From Candidatus Krumholzibacteriota bacterium (GTDB taxonomy: Bacteria > Krumholzibacteriota > Krumholzibacteriia > LZORAL124-64-63), in assembly GCA_039714075.1 (NCBI GenBank), contig JBDLKA010000024.1, positions 1 through 39,767 of the forward strand: a DNA stretch of 39,767 bases, read 5' to 3'. The position numbers and the translations under genes are program-made. Shown piece by piece: positions 24,250 through 33,493 of this stretch. Positions within the stretch are counted from its first letter, which is position 1, and each line of letters begins with the position of its first letter. The notes beneath the pieces are model-generated. The model searched no databases. It saw nothing but the letters and a program-made list of their open reading frames with translations, and was not told where the DNA came from.

Positions 24250-25239
24250 TCACACATGGTTGCGCAGCAACAACTCCCGGGGATGGGGGTTGAGATAGGT
24301 CTGATGGGCGAGGCCGGGCACCTCATGCAGATCGATGTAATGCCCCAGAAGCGTCACCGGCACGGTCAGGGGCGCCCGCTGCCGCCGGTAATCCTCGATG
24401 GCCGCCAGCACGCGTTTTCTTTCCGCGGCGGAAAGGTGATCCCGGAGATATCCGGCCAGGCATTTCAGGACTTTGGCGTGTTTGGCGGAAGTTGCCTTCA
24501 GCGCCATAACTTCCATGAAGGCAATTATATAGGCGTCGCGGAACGCGGCCGGCCCATAGTCCCTGTTGCGGGCGATCAACTGGTCCAGCTTTGGCAAACC
24601 CGCGGGGCTGTGCGCCATCAACAGGAATTTTTCCCGGGACTGGAATTCGACCACGGCGCTCCGGCGCCAGCGGCCCCGGAACAGGTCCGTCAGGCGGCGG
24701 TAGGCAAAAATCCTTTCCAGGAAATTTTCCCGCAGGCCGGGATCGTGCAGACGTTCCTCATCTTCAATGGGCATCAGGGGATAGCGCTTGGAAAATTCAG
24801 CGACGAACAGCCCCCGACCCCGCCGGGCGGACCGGTTTCCCTTTCCCGTATAGACCTTGACCCGGAATACTCCGCAGCTGGGCGAGTTTTTCTTGAAGAC
24901 GTATCCGCACAGATCCTCGGCGCCCAGCTCCCGCGCGCGACGGGCCGACCAGCGGTTCATGCGTGCCGTCCAGTCGGTGGCCGAATGGCTGCCGAGCATT
25001 TTCGGTGCGGCGGGATCACCGACCAGGCGCACCGTTTCCCGGGGTGTCCCCATGCCCAGTTCGTCTTCGGGGCAGACGCCGATCAAGGTCAGATGACGGC
25101 CCAGGGTGTCGACCACGAAACGATCCCGCGCATGCTCTCCGTCGTAACGGACTTCGCGGCCCAGAAGACAGGCGCTCACGCCCAAGCGGATGCGGGGATC
25201 TGGGTCCTGGGTAGCTTTCAAGGGGATGCGCTCCTGCAA
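24250..25239 (-). CDS. DUF523 (2-thiouracil desulfidase-like) + DUF1722 (YbgA-like) protein
   Basis: GVSACLLG, CPE, PRE, KKNSPSCG; C-terminal K..LMAHS and YLNPHP.EL.LRN. The start may be TTG 25221, which has an AGGAG RBS. Confidence 0.9.
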   Translation of the reverse strand: MQERIPLKATQDPDPRIRLGVSACLLGREVRYDGEHARDRFVVDTLGRHLTLIGVCPEDELGMGTPRETVRLVGDPAAPKMLGSHSATDWTARMNRWSARRARELGAEDLCGYVFKKNSPSCGVFRVKVYTGKGNRSARRGRGLFVAEFSKRYPLMPIEDEERLHDPGLRENFLERIFAYRRLTDLFRGRWRRSAVVEFQSREKFLLMAHSPAGLPKLDQLIARNRDYGPAAFRDAYIIAFMEVMALKATSAKHAKVLKCLAGYLRDHLSAAERKRVLAAIEDYRRQRAPLTVPVTLLGHYIDLHEVPGLAHQTYLNPHPRELLLRNHV

Positions 25240-25305
25240 GGCACGGGGTGACGTCCAATTTCTTCTTTGACGGGAACACAGCTAAAGGTATCTCAAACCG
25301 GATCA

Positions 25306-26427
25306 CTATCGCCAGAGACTTTTCAGGGTCCCCCAGCCGGTTTTCCTTACCGGCACGATGGGTTCGTCCCACCAGCGGCCGTGGATCCGGCCCGTGGCCT
25401 GATCCTCCCAAACGAAAACGACCCGGCCCGCCTCGGACACCGCAACACCGGGGGGATTCCCCGACCCGATCACATTCTCCGCGATCGAAACAACCTCACC
25501 AGCCGGCTGACCCAGGCTGTCGCTGAAGCGGGCCCGCAACCGACCGGGCGCCCCGATGCCTCCCTCGTGCCAGGTCACGGCGGCCACTCCGGTCCGGTGC
25601 CTCGCCATTCCCACCGGGCCCGCTCCCGAACCTCCGAACATGACCGCGGCTTCGCCCGGCCGCCGGCCCCAGACCTCCTGCTTGCCCTGGTTCGCCGCCC
25701 ACGCCAGCAGAACCCCGCCGTCATCCGCGATGGCAATGGTGGGATAGGCGGCGTTTTCGGCCACCAGCCAGGAGTCGTTCCAGCTTCCGGCGGACCCTGG
25801 ATGCCGGCGCGCCCGGCTGGTCGAGATCTGGGGCGTGAAGGTTCCCCAGGCAACCGTAAAGCTTCCGTCGGGGGCGGCCGCCACCTTGGGATGGACATGG
25901 TGGGCATTTTCGTCTTCGCTGACCTGCAACTCCGCCGAAATCGGTTGGCCCGCGGCATCGAAGGCCCGAACAAAAACATTCTCCTGGCCGGGCGGCCAGA
26001 ACTTCGACCAGGTGACCACGAATCCCTGCGCCGGCCCGGCGGCCACCGAGATATCCGAGACGTTGCCGCTGCCCCCGATCTCCAGAAGACCTGTCACCGG
26101 CACTCCATCCCGGCCGAAGATCCTGGCCAGGGGACGCGAATGCACCCCGTCGTCGGCAAGCCATACCGCCACGAAACCGGATCCGGCCAGAGTGGCGACA
26201 TCAGGAGCGGTTTCGGTATCGGGCCCGGATGGAGCCAGCGGGGATTCCGGTCCGGTGAAGGGAATATTGAAAAAGACCTTGTCCCCCACACCATAGACGA
26301 CAACCGCCGAACTGTCGGACAAGGCGGCCACGGCAGGTTCGGTGCCGGGGTTTTCGCTGATGGGAAAAGGAACCCCGGCCGCCGCGGAAATTGGAAGGAA
26401 GAGAAAAAACGTCAGCACCGAACGCAT
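25306..26427 (-). CDS. Secreted beta-propeller-like hypothetical protein with C-terminal WGxxK motif
   Basis: Signal peptide; repeats of P.VA....G.F.V.W; ends VPVRKTGWGTLKSLWR. Confidence 0.8.
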   Translation of the reverse strand: MRSVLTFFLFLPISAAAGVPFPISENPGTEPAVAALSDSSAVVVYGVGDKVFFNIPFTGPESPLAPSGPDTETAPDVATLAGSGFVAVWLADDGVHSRPLARIFGRDGVPVTGLLEIGGSGNVSDISVAAGPAQGFVVTWSKFWPPGQENVFVRAFDAAGQPISAELQVSEDENAHHVHPKVAAAPDGSFTVAWGTFTPQISTSRARRHPGSAGSWNDSWLVAENAAYPTIAIADDGGVLLAWAANQGKQEVWGRRPGEAAVMFGGSGAGPVGMARHRTGVAAVTWHEGGIGAPGRLRARFSDSLGQPAGEVVSIAENVIGSGNPPGVAVSEAGRVVFVWEDQATGRIHGRWWDEPIVPVRKTGWGTLKSLWR

Positions 26428-26519
26428 GGGTCTGTTCCCCGAAGTGGGATGGAATTCAAAACGGTTTTCGTATCCACTGGGTTTAAGCTACCGGAAAGCG
26501 GGGTCGAGTCCAAACAATG

Positions 26520-26552
26520 AAAAACCGGGCGGCCCCTGGCGGAACCACCCGG
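26520..26552 (-). terminator. Intrinsic terminator of the PPIase gene
   Basis: - strand CCGGGTGGTTCC-GCCA-GGGGCCGCCCGG followed by TTTTT. Confidence 0.8.
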
Positions 26553-26570
26553 ATATCAAATACGCGACCA

Positions 26571-27008
26571 TCAACCCTCGATGATTTTTCCCTTCACGCC
26601 GACCAGGGTCAGCTCGAAGGTCAGGTCCTGCCCGGCCAACGGATGGTTGGCGTCCAGGGTCAGGTTTTCCTCATCCATGTCGACGATCCGGACGGGCATT
26701 TCCCCGTCGGGCGACTGCATGGTCAGGATCATGTCCACCTCGGGCTCGATGTCGTCGGGCAGGTTCGAGCGGGGGATCTGTCCCACCATGTCATCGTTTA
26801 CCTCTCCGTAGGCTTCGGCCGCGGGAATGGTCACGCTCTTGGTTTCATCGATTTCCATGGCGACGACGGCGGCTTCGAAACCCGGAATGACGGTGCCGGT
26901 CCCGATTTCGAATGCGATGGGGTCGCGGCCTTCGGAACTGTCGAACACCGTGCCGTCGTTCAGCGTGCCCTTGTAGTGGACCTGGACGGTCTTGCCTGCT
27001 TCAATCAT
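26571..27008 (-). CDS. slyD: FKBP-type peptidyl-prolyl cis-trans isomerase with insert-in-flap domain (SlyD/FkpB-like)
   Basis: VHYKGTLNDGTVFDSS, VIPGFE, EAYG, LDANHPLAG..LTF; lacks the His-rich tail; start ATG 27008. Confidence 0.88.
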   Translation of the reverse strand: MIEAGKTVQVHYKGTLNDGTVFDSSEGRDPIAFEIGTGTVIPGFEAAVVAMEIDETKSVTIPAAEAYGEVNDDMVGQIPRSNLPDDIEPEVDMILTMQSPDGEMPVRIVDMDEENLTLDANHPLAGQDLTFELTLVGVKGKIIEG

Positions 27009-27202
27009 GGCATACCTTTCTCGTGTGATTCGAATGCGCTTGCGCGGGTAACAGTAGGTCATCAGCCCCGGAAAGCAATGAAAATCGGGTTTCGTGGGCC
27101 TGAAGGGTTTTCCCAGGTCTGAATCCGAATGACTTCGACTCACACCTTCAAGAATCAAACCAGATGTGCATCGTAGGTCAAAAAAACAAACGCAAAGACA
27201 AG

Positions 27203-27231
27203 TTTACAATAGGCCTTGATTCTGATAGGAT
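27203..27231 (+). promoter_or_regulatory. Putative sigma70 promoter
   Basis: TTTACA-17 nt-TAGGAT, 40 nt upstream of the GTG at 27272. Confidence 0.55.
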
Positions 27232-27271
27232 TATGCATTGTCATTACCGGAATCCAACAAAGGGCCAGGCT

Positions 27272-28000
27272 GTGAAATTTATTCTGGGTTTGATGATGGT
27301 GGCCGCATTGGCGGGTAACGTATTGGGGGCCAATGGAGTTTCCTCTCCGGGGATCCTGGACGGCAGGGCTCCGGCCATCCAGGTGGTTTATCCCACCGGT
27401 ATGGAAATCATGCGGTCGTCCACCCCCGAGACCCTCCGTTTCACGATAGACGAGCAGAGTTGGGGATCGCCTCCCGGGGAAATCACCCTGCATTTCCTGG
27501 TCGAAGGGTCGCCGCCCGATCAAACCACCATCCCTCCGGAGTCCAACGGCAGCTATATGTACGTTTGGGACGTCCCCACCCTTCCGGGATACAATGATAT
27601 CGAGGCAAGAATCAGAGTGGACGCCACCGACGGTTTCGGATGGAGTTCATCCCAGTACAGCAACTGGTTCATGGTCATGGACGATGTCTCGGCCGTCCCC
27701 GCTCCCCGGATGGTGGACCGCCTGGGACCGGTCCACCCCAACCCCTTCAATCCCCAGACGACCATCTCCTTCAGTCTGGCCACGCCCGGGGACATCCACC
27801 TGGCGGTCTTCGATGTCCGTGGCCGGCAGATCGCCACTGTGGCCAGGGAACACCTCGAGGCCGGGGACCACCGGAACATCTGGGACGGACGGACCGACGA
27901 CGGCAGTTTCGCCGCCAGTGGATCCTATTTCGCCCTGTTGTCCATCAACGGCCCCTCACAAAAACGCACCCTGGTCACCCGGCTGACGCTGGTCAAATAA
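27272..28000 (+). CDS. Secreted Ig-like protein with C-terminal FlgD-Ig/T9SS-like domain
   Basis: GTG start giving MKFILGLMMVAALAGNVLG signal peptide; HPNPFNPQT...FDVRGR...WDGR...SGSYF...LTLVK. Confidence 0.85.
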   Translation: MKFILGLMMVAALAGNVLGANGVSSPGILDGRAPAIQVVYPTGMEIMRSSTPETLRFTIDEQSWGSPPGEITLHFLVEGSPPDQTTIPPESNGSYMYVWDVPTLPGYNDIEARIRVDATDGFGWSSSQYSNWFMVMDDVSAVPAPRMVDRLGPVHPNPFNPQTTISFSLATPGDIHLAVFDVRGRQIATVAREHLEAGDHRNIWDGRTDDGSFAASGSYFALLSINGPSQKRTLVTRLTLVK

Positions 28001-28012
28001 AGTAGGCTGTCC

Positions 28013-30088
28013 ATGTATTCATCCCGGATCGCGCGCTTTTTTATGTTCCTGCTGCCCATCGTTTTGATGACGGCCGTGCCTTCTCATTCCCAAAGACCCA
28101 CCGACCGGGCGCTGCCCACACCCGAGACCCGGGTTACTGCTCTTCAGGAATTGGCCGGACAGCTGGAGGCATCGGCCATGGCAAGCCGGACCGCCGGGTA
28201 TGACCGGTTGCTTCGCCAGACAAGCGGTCCCCAGGCCGTGCTCAACCGGTCGGATGATCTGCTTCTCAGGGGAATCCGCAACGGCCGGCCCCTCTATTAC
28301 CAGACAACGAATCTATTTGCCGCCCAGACAGTGGGCACGGACCATCTGTGGCCCGGCGGCATCACGGGGATGAATTTGTCGGGCGCCAACCTGCCCGGCG
28401 AACTGGCCTTGTGGGACGCCGGCCGGGTCATGGACACGCATCAGGAATTCGGCGGCCGGGTCTATCAGCAGGACGCGCCCACGTACATCGGGTACCATGC
28501 CACCCATGTGGCCGGCACTTTGATCGCCGCGGGGACGGTTCCCATCGCCAAGGGCATGTCTCCGTCCGCCTATCTCCACAGTTACGACTGGTCGCTGGAC
28601 GATTCGGAAATGGCTGCCGCGGCGGCGGGCGGCCTTCTGGTTTCCAATCACAGTTACTCCAATCTGACCGGTTGGCTCTACCGTTCGGGAGAGGCCATCC
28701 CCTGGTACTGGTACGGCGACCCGGCCATCAGCGAAACCGAAGATCCGGGCTTTGGCATGTATGATGTTCAGAGTCAGGGTTGGGACCAGATCGCCCATGA
28801 CGCACCGAACTACCTGATCGTCAAATCGGCCGGCAATGACCGTAACGACTTCGGCCCGGCCGCCGGTACGCAGCACTACGTCTGGGACACCGGCACCGCG
28901 GGCTGGGTCACGAGCACAACCACCCGCGCGGCCGACGGCGGCGTCCAGGGTTACGACTCGATTCCCTACAAGGGCAATGCCAAGAACATCCTGACCATCG
29001 GCGCGGTCTTCGACATTTCCGGGGGCTGGTCACAAGCCTCGGACGTGGTGAACAGCACCTTCGGCGGCTGGGGTCCGACCGACGACGGCCGCATCAAACC
29101 CGACCTCGTGGCCAACGGCCTCGGCCTGTACAGCTGCTACATCGACAGCAACAGCAGTTACATCGGCCTGAGCGGAACATCCATGTCCTCGCCCAACACC
29201 GCCGGGACCCTGAATCTTCTGGCCCAGCTGTGGCGCGACACCCATGCGGGCCAAACTCCCCGGTCGGCCACCCTCAAAGGGATCGCCCTGCACACCGCGA
29301 GTGAAGCCGGATCATCCCCCGGCCCGGATTACTCCTTCGGCTGGGGATTGTTGAACGCGTTGGGAGCCGCTTACCTGATCGCCGGCGACGTCTCTTTCGA
29401 CGGGCGGGCGGTGGAGTCGGTGCTGTCCTCCGGTACCGCCGACACGCTGGTCTACTGGAGTGATGGCATCAATCCCGTGGCCGCGACCATCTGCTGGACC
29501 GATCCCGCCGCCGCCCCATCGGTCTGGAGCCTGGATCCGCCCGACCCGAAACTGGTCAACGACCTGGACCTCAGGATCGAGCGGGTGGCCGACACGATTT
29601 CCTTCCTGCCCTGGACCCTGGATCCGGCAAACCCCACGGCCGCCGCGACACCGGGCTTCAACTTCCGGGACAACGTGGAAAAAGTGGAAATAGCTTCGCC
29701 GATCGCCGGCCTCCACCGGTTGATCATCGCCCACAAGGGAACCCTGGACGGCGGCAGCCAGGCCTACTCCCTGCTCACCAGCGGCCTGGGCGATCAACCC
29801 CAGACCCCGACCGTGACCAACGTCGTCTTCAGTCAAAGAACCGACGGTTCCGGTCTGGTGGACGTGACCTTCGACCTGTCCGATCCCAACAGCCCCACCG
29901 TGGCGGTGAGCATGGAGGTCTCGTCAGACGGAGGGAGCACCTGGAACCTGGCCGCGAACACGGTCAGCGGGGACATCGGTTCCGTCGTTGCGGTGGGTGC
30001 GGGCAGGGCTATCGTCTGGGATTTCGCCCAGGACCACCCAGGCGTTTTCCTGCCTGAGGTCGTGGTGAGGATCACGGCCCTGGATTAG
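28013..30088 (+). CDS. S8 serine peptidase with C-terminal beta-sandwich domains, no FlgD-type CTD
   Basis: Signal peptide; LWDAG / HATHVAGT / GTSMSSP triad; DDGRIKPD, NDLDLR, DNVE; final domain VTNV.FSQRTDGSGLVDV.FDL...IVWD...VRITALD. Confidence 0.92.
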   Translation: MYSSRIARFFMFLLPIVLMTAVPSHSQRPTDRALPTPETRVTALQELAGQLEASAMASRTAGYDRLLRQTSGPQAVLNRSDDLLLRGIRNGRPLYYQTTNLFAAQTVGTDHLWPGGITGMNLSGANLPGELALWDAGRVMDTHQEFGGRVYQQDAPTYIGYHATHVAGTLIAAGTVPIAKGMSPSAYLHSYDWSLDDSEMAAAAAGGLLVSNHSYSNLTGWLYRSGEAIPWYWYGDPAISETEDPGFGMYDVQSQGWDQIAHDAPNYLIVKSAGNDRNDFGPAAGTQHYVWDTGTAGWVTSTTTRAADGGVQGYDSIPYKGNAKNILTIGAVFDISGGWSQASDVVNSTFGGWGPTDDGRIKPDLVANGLGLYSCYIDSNSSYIGLSGTSMSSPNTAGTLNLLAQLWRDTHAGQTPRSATLKGIALHTASEAGSSPGPDYSFGWGLLNALGAAYLIAGDVSFDGRAVESVLSSGTADTLVYWSDGINPVAATICWTDPAAAPSVWSLDPPDPKLVNDLDLRIERVADTISFLPWTLDPANPTAAATPGFNFRDNVEKVEIASPIAGLHRLIIAHKGTLDGGSQAYSLLTSGLGDQPQTPTVTNVVFSQRTDGSGLVDVTFDLSDPNSPTVAVSMEVSSDGGSTWNLAANTVSGDIGSVVAVGAGRAIVWDFAQDHPGVFLPEVVVRITALD

Positions 30089-30738
30089 TCCAGGGGGATA
30101 TCGGCCCCCCGGCCCCTGGAAGCCTGATAGACTTCCGACAACTCGTCGTAGGTTTTCCGCAGGGCTGCGATACGCGCAGCGAAACCTGCGCGATCTTCCT
30201 CCCCTGTCCGCGCGACGAGCTCCTGGATTCCCCAGCTGCACCAGTAATCGTTTTTCCGGGCGTAGCTCCCGTCGGGGCAACCGAAGACCTCATCGAGGAT
30301 TTTCAAATCATGGGGAATGTTGAAGGCATCCCGGGTGTCCTCGTAGCTGAACAGGTAGAAGAAGTTGTCGAAACCGGTCCAGGTGATGGCCGAAAGGCAG
30401 AGCGAACACGGTTCGTGGGTGGAGATGAAGAGGCAGTCCTTCGTCGCGGGACGCCCCGCGCGCGGAAGTTCGTAAAAGGCGTTGAGCGTGCTGATCTCAC
30501 CATGGTGCAGGGGGTTGCCGGTCTCGGCATTGGTGACGGCCACGACGGTGGACAGATCCGCTTTCCTCAGGACCGCGCCCCCGAAAACCTTGTTGCCCTC
30601 TTGAACTCCCTGAACGGTCAGCGGGACGATTTCGGTTTCGATGACCGCCAGCAGACGATCGATGAACGCCACCTTGTCCCCGGTGATCCGGGCAAGGTCG
30701 GCATCCGTGGGCGCATTTTCCTGGGGGCGGATGTCCAT
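30085..30738 (-). CDS. Nucleoside/nucleobase deaminase (cytidine-deoxycytidylate deaminase family, guanine-deaminase-like)
   Basis: GNKVFGGA, HGE and EPCSLC zinc motifs; ATG 30738 with AAGGA RBS; its stop overlaps the convergent peptidase stop. Confidence 0.88.
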   Translation of the reverse strand: MDIRPQENAPTDADLARITGDKVAFIDRLLAVIETEIVPLTVQGVQEGNKVFGGAVLRKADLSTVVAVTNAETGNPLHHGEISTLNAFYELPRAGRPATKDCLFISTHEPCSLCLSAITWTGFDNFFYLFSYEDTRDAFNIPHDLKILDEVFGCPDGSYARKNDYWCSWGIQELVARTGEEDRAGFAARIAALRKTYDELSEVYQASRGRGADIPLD

Positions 30739-30805
30739 GGGGCAATCCTTGGTTACGGGTCCGTCACCAACGGTCATTCCCCGGAACAATGCCGCAACAA
30801 TCGCC

Positions 30806-31738
30806 CTATTTCAACAAGGTCATGCGCAGGGTCTTGTGAACGTCCCCGGCGTCAAGCCGGACAGAGTAGACACCGCCGGGAAGCATCCTGCCGGAATCAT
30901 CCCTGCCGCGCCACAAAACCTCGTGGCTGCCCGCGGGCAGGGAGCGCCCATCCACCAGGGTCCGCACCGCATGGCCGGCCAGGTCGAAGACCCGCACCGA
31001 AACGGTCGCCGGTTCGGCCAGCTCATACTGGATCGTGGTCGAGGGGTTGAAGGGATTGGGATAGTTTCGCACCAGCGCCGTCCCGGTGGGGACCGGGTTT
31101 TCCAGGTCGGTCGCCGCCGACACCACGTTCCACCAGGCCGGCGGATCGAAGGTGTCGCCCTCAGCCACGATGATCACCGAATAACGCATATCCACGTTCT
31201 GGCCATAATATGATAAACCGCTGGCGTTTTTGACCTTGCCGATGATCATGGGGTTCATCAAAAGCCGCGTCCAGTCGATCACCCCGTACTGGTACATATC
31301 GGGCAACGGCTGGCTCCCGTAATAGATTCCCGGTTGGTTGAACTGGATGGTCCCGCTGTAGAAACAGGCGTGTTTCGAGGGAATGTGGGCGTCCTGGAAC
31401 AGGCACAACTGGGGAGCAAAATACTCGGCCACGAAATCCGGGGGACTGTTCTGGTTCGAATTGGAGGTGTACCAGCCGTCGATGGGCCCGTCGAGGCCGC
31501 GCACTTCCACCCTGAAGTAGGCCGTCCCGGTGGCGTAGGCGACCGGAGAAACCCAGTCGTTCGGCTGCCACGGGAAACTTTCGTGGTAGTACCACTTGTT
31601 GTGGATGTAGTCCTGGTCGATGCAGGTGAACTGCTCGGCATTCGCCGGCGCGGCGGGCCACAGGGCGGCCGCCAGAACCACAAACAACAGCGAAATCGGC
31701 AACAGGGGATTTTTCAGAGAAGATTCATTGTGTCTCAT
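30806..31738 (-). CDS. Secreted protein with unknown aromatic-rich domain and C-terminal FlgD-Ig/T9SS-like domain
   Basis: Signal peptide ending ANA-E; NYPNPFNPST...FDLAG..VRTL...W.GRD..G...GVY...MTLLK; start ATG 31738 (uncertain). Confidence 0.82.
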   Translation of the reverse strand: MRHNESSLKNPLLPISLLFVVLAAALWPAAPANAEQFTCIDQDYIHNKWYYHESFPWQPNDWVSPVAYATGTAYFRVEVRGLDGPIDGWYTSNSNQNSPPDFVAEYFAPQLCLFQDAHIPSKHACFYSGTIQFNQPGIYYGSQPLPDMYQYGVIDWTRLLMNPMIIGKVKNASGLSYYGQNVDMRYSVIIVAEGDTFDPPAWWNVVSAATDLENPVPTGTALVRNYPNPFNPSTTIQYELAEPATVSVRVFDLAGHAVRTLVDGRSLPAGSHEVLWRGRDDSGRMLPGGVYSVRLDAGDVHKTLRMTLLK

Positions 31739-31776
31739 GAGTGGAATCCTTCCCACATACAAGATTTCTCCCGTCC

Positions 31777-32742
31777 TTATTCCAAAGATACGTCCCGGAA
31801 CACCCGCGTCCAATCCTTCTTGATGCTGACTTCGAAGGCTCCGGGGTGCCGGGCGCATAACTCCGCAATCCTCTTCGTGCTGCGGTCGTAGTCGTATTCA
31901 CGGGCGGAATCGTCGTGATGGATCCACAGGGCCATCCCGCGGCGCTCGCCGGTGACCGCGTACCGGCACATGGCCTGGTCGTTGTTGCTGTTTCCCGCGG
32001 CGAAAACCGGCCGGCGCCCGATGCGCTGCTCGATATGGGCGGGCTTGTTCTCGTGGCCGTTGTAGGTCTGCACCGCGCCCCGGACCAGCGTGGCCGTCCC
32101 GTCGGCGGCCTTTTCGTAGACCGGAGTGGTCCACGTGCCGATGACCCTTTCCGGGGGAATCCCGATCGCCTGTTCCGAGTAGCTGCGCACGAAATCCTGC
32201 GCCGCCCCGGTCACGATCCACACCTGGAATCCGTGGGCCACCAACAGGTCCTTCAGCTCCAGCATGGGTGCGAAATAAAGGTCGGTGAAGCGCACCCCAT
32301 AGCGGGAATGACGCTGCCGGTCCAACCAGGCGCGGGCCGAATCGCGGTAGGCCGACACGGGCATGCCCGCACAGGATGCGTTCAAATCGATGTACGCCTG
32401 GCGGAAGCCGTACTCGCGCAGGGCGTCCCGGTCGTCGGCGAACCAGGCCTTGAACGGCATGTCGTCGGGATCGACCTTGCCCTGGGCCGCCATGCTTCCG
32501 GCCAACGAAACCTGAAAGGAGGTGGCTGCGTAATCGGGCCTTTCGCACCAGCTGGTGCCGTCGTTGTCGAACACGGCCACCCGTTCGGCGACGGGAATGA
32601 AGTCCCCGCCATCGGGATCGGTGACGGCCGCCAGCCAGTTGGTGATCGCTTTCTTCACCGGACCGTCGTTCCATGAAGACAGGGGTTCCGCCGTCGCGGA
32701 TCCGGAAACCAGAAGCAGCAGGACTACCAGGGTGGTGCGCAC
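31777..32742 (-). CDS. Secreted HAD-superfamily hydrolase (acid phosphatase-like)
   Basis: Signal peptide; motif I VFDNDGT, IVTG, K, AGNSNND; HHDDSAREYDY. Confidence 0.88.
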   Translation of the reverse strand: MRTTLVVLLLLVSGSATAEPLSSWNDGPVKKAITNWLAAVTDPDGGDFIPVAERVAVFDNDGTSWCERPDYAATSFQVSLAGSMAAQGKVDPDDMPFKAWFADDRDALREYGFRQAYIDLNASCAGMPVSAYRDSARAWLDRQRHSRYGVRFTDLYFAPMLELKDLLVAHGFQVWIVTGAAQDFVRSYSEQAIGIPPERVIGTWTTPVYEKAADGTATLVRGAVQTYNGHENKPAHIEQRIGRRPVFAAGNSNNDQAMCRYAVTGERRGMALWIHHDDSAREYDYDRSTKRIAELCARHPGAFEVSIKKDWTRVFRDVSLE

Positions 32743-32798
32743 AATTTTCCTTTCGGGGGAATGCCGGTGACGGTTGGATTATCCGGACCGGGAACAAC

Positions 32799-33356
32799 TT
32801 ATACCACACATAATTCCCGTTGGGCGGATTCCCGCGTCAACTCGTCCCGCAACAGATGGCGGGCCGTATGGATTCTGGATCTCACCGTGGACACGGGCAG
32901 ATCGATGATCCCCGCGATCTCGGCATAGGACAAATCGAGGTAGTGCCGCAAAACCAGCACCACCCGGTACTTGAAATCGAGATGGGCGATGGCCCGGTTG
33001 ATGTTGTCGTCCCGTTCCTTGTCCAGCAGACAGTCTTCGGGCGTGGGATCGGAAGAGGGCAGTTCGTAGTGATCCAGCGGTTTGGAATTTTTTTTCTGGT
33101 TACAGCAATTGATGGCATCGTTCCAGGCGATCCTGTACAGCCAGCTGAAGAAGCGGTGATTGGGATCATAGGTGGCCAGGTGTTCATAGGCCGAGATGAA
33201 GGCCTGCTGGGTGATATCCGCCGCCTGGTCGTGATCCCCGACGATCCTTACCATCGAATTGAAGATGGGTGCTTCGTATTGCTTGAACAGTCGCGTGAAG
33301 GCTCCCTGTTCCCCTGCCATCACGCTGCGTATGAGATCCTCGTCGCTCAAGGCCAT
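32799..33356 (-). CDS. ECF-family RNA polymerase sigma factor
   Basis: Region 2 (AADITQQAF...FFSWLYRIA.N) and region 4 (LSYAEIA.IIDLPVSTVRSRI..AR); GAGG RBS. Confidence 0.92.
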   Translation of the reverse strand: MALSDEDLIRSVMAGEQGAFTRLFKQYEAPIFNSMVRIVGDHDQAADITQQAFISAYEHLATYDPNHRFFSWLYRIAWNDAINCCNQKKNSKPLDHYELPSSDPTPEDCLLDKERDDNINRAIAHLDFKYRVVLVLRHYLDLSYAEIAGIIDLPVSTVRSRIHTARHLLRDELTRESAQRELCVV

Positions 33357-33493
33357 GGTCGTCCCCTCAAGCGTCCCCCCCGGACAGGCTAATCATTTCG
33401 ACCACCGGCGGCAAACCCGCCTGAATACAAGATGAGCGACCCCGGAAAACCTTCTTTCCGAGGTCGCTGCCGCGTAATGAATTGGTTGGTCGA

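Noticed and set aside
33436..33467. Hairpin GCGACC..CGGAAA/TTTCCG..GGTCGC as a terminator
   Set aside because: The stem is good but there is no clear U-tract on the - strand, so it is left uncalled; it may be a weak terminator or stability element.
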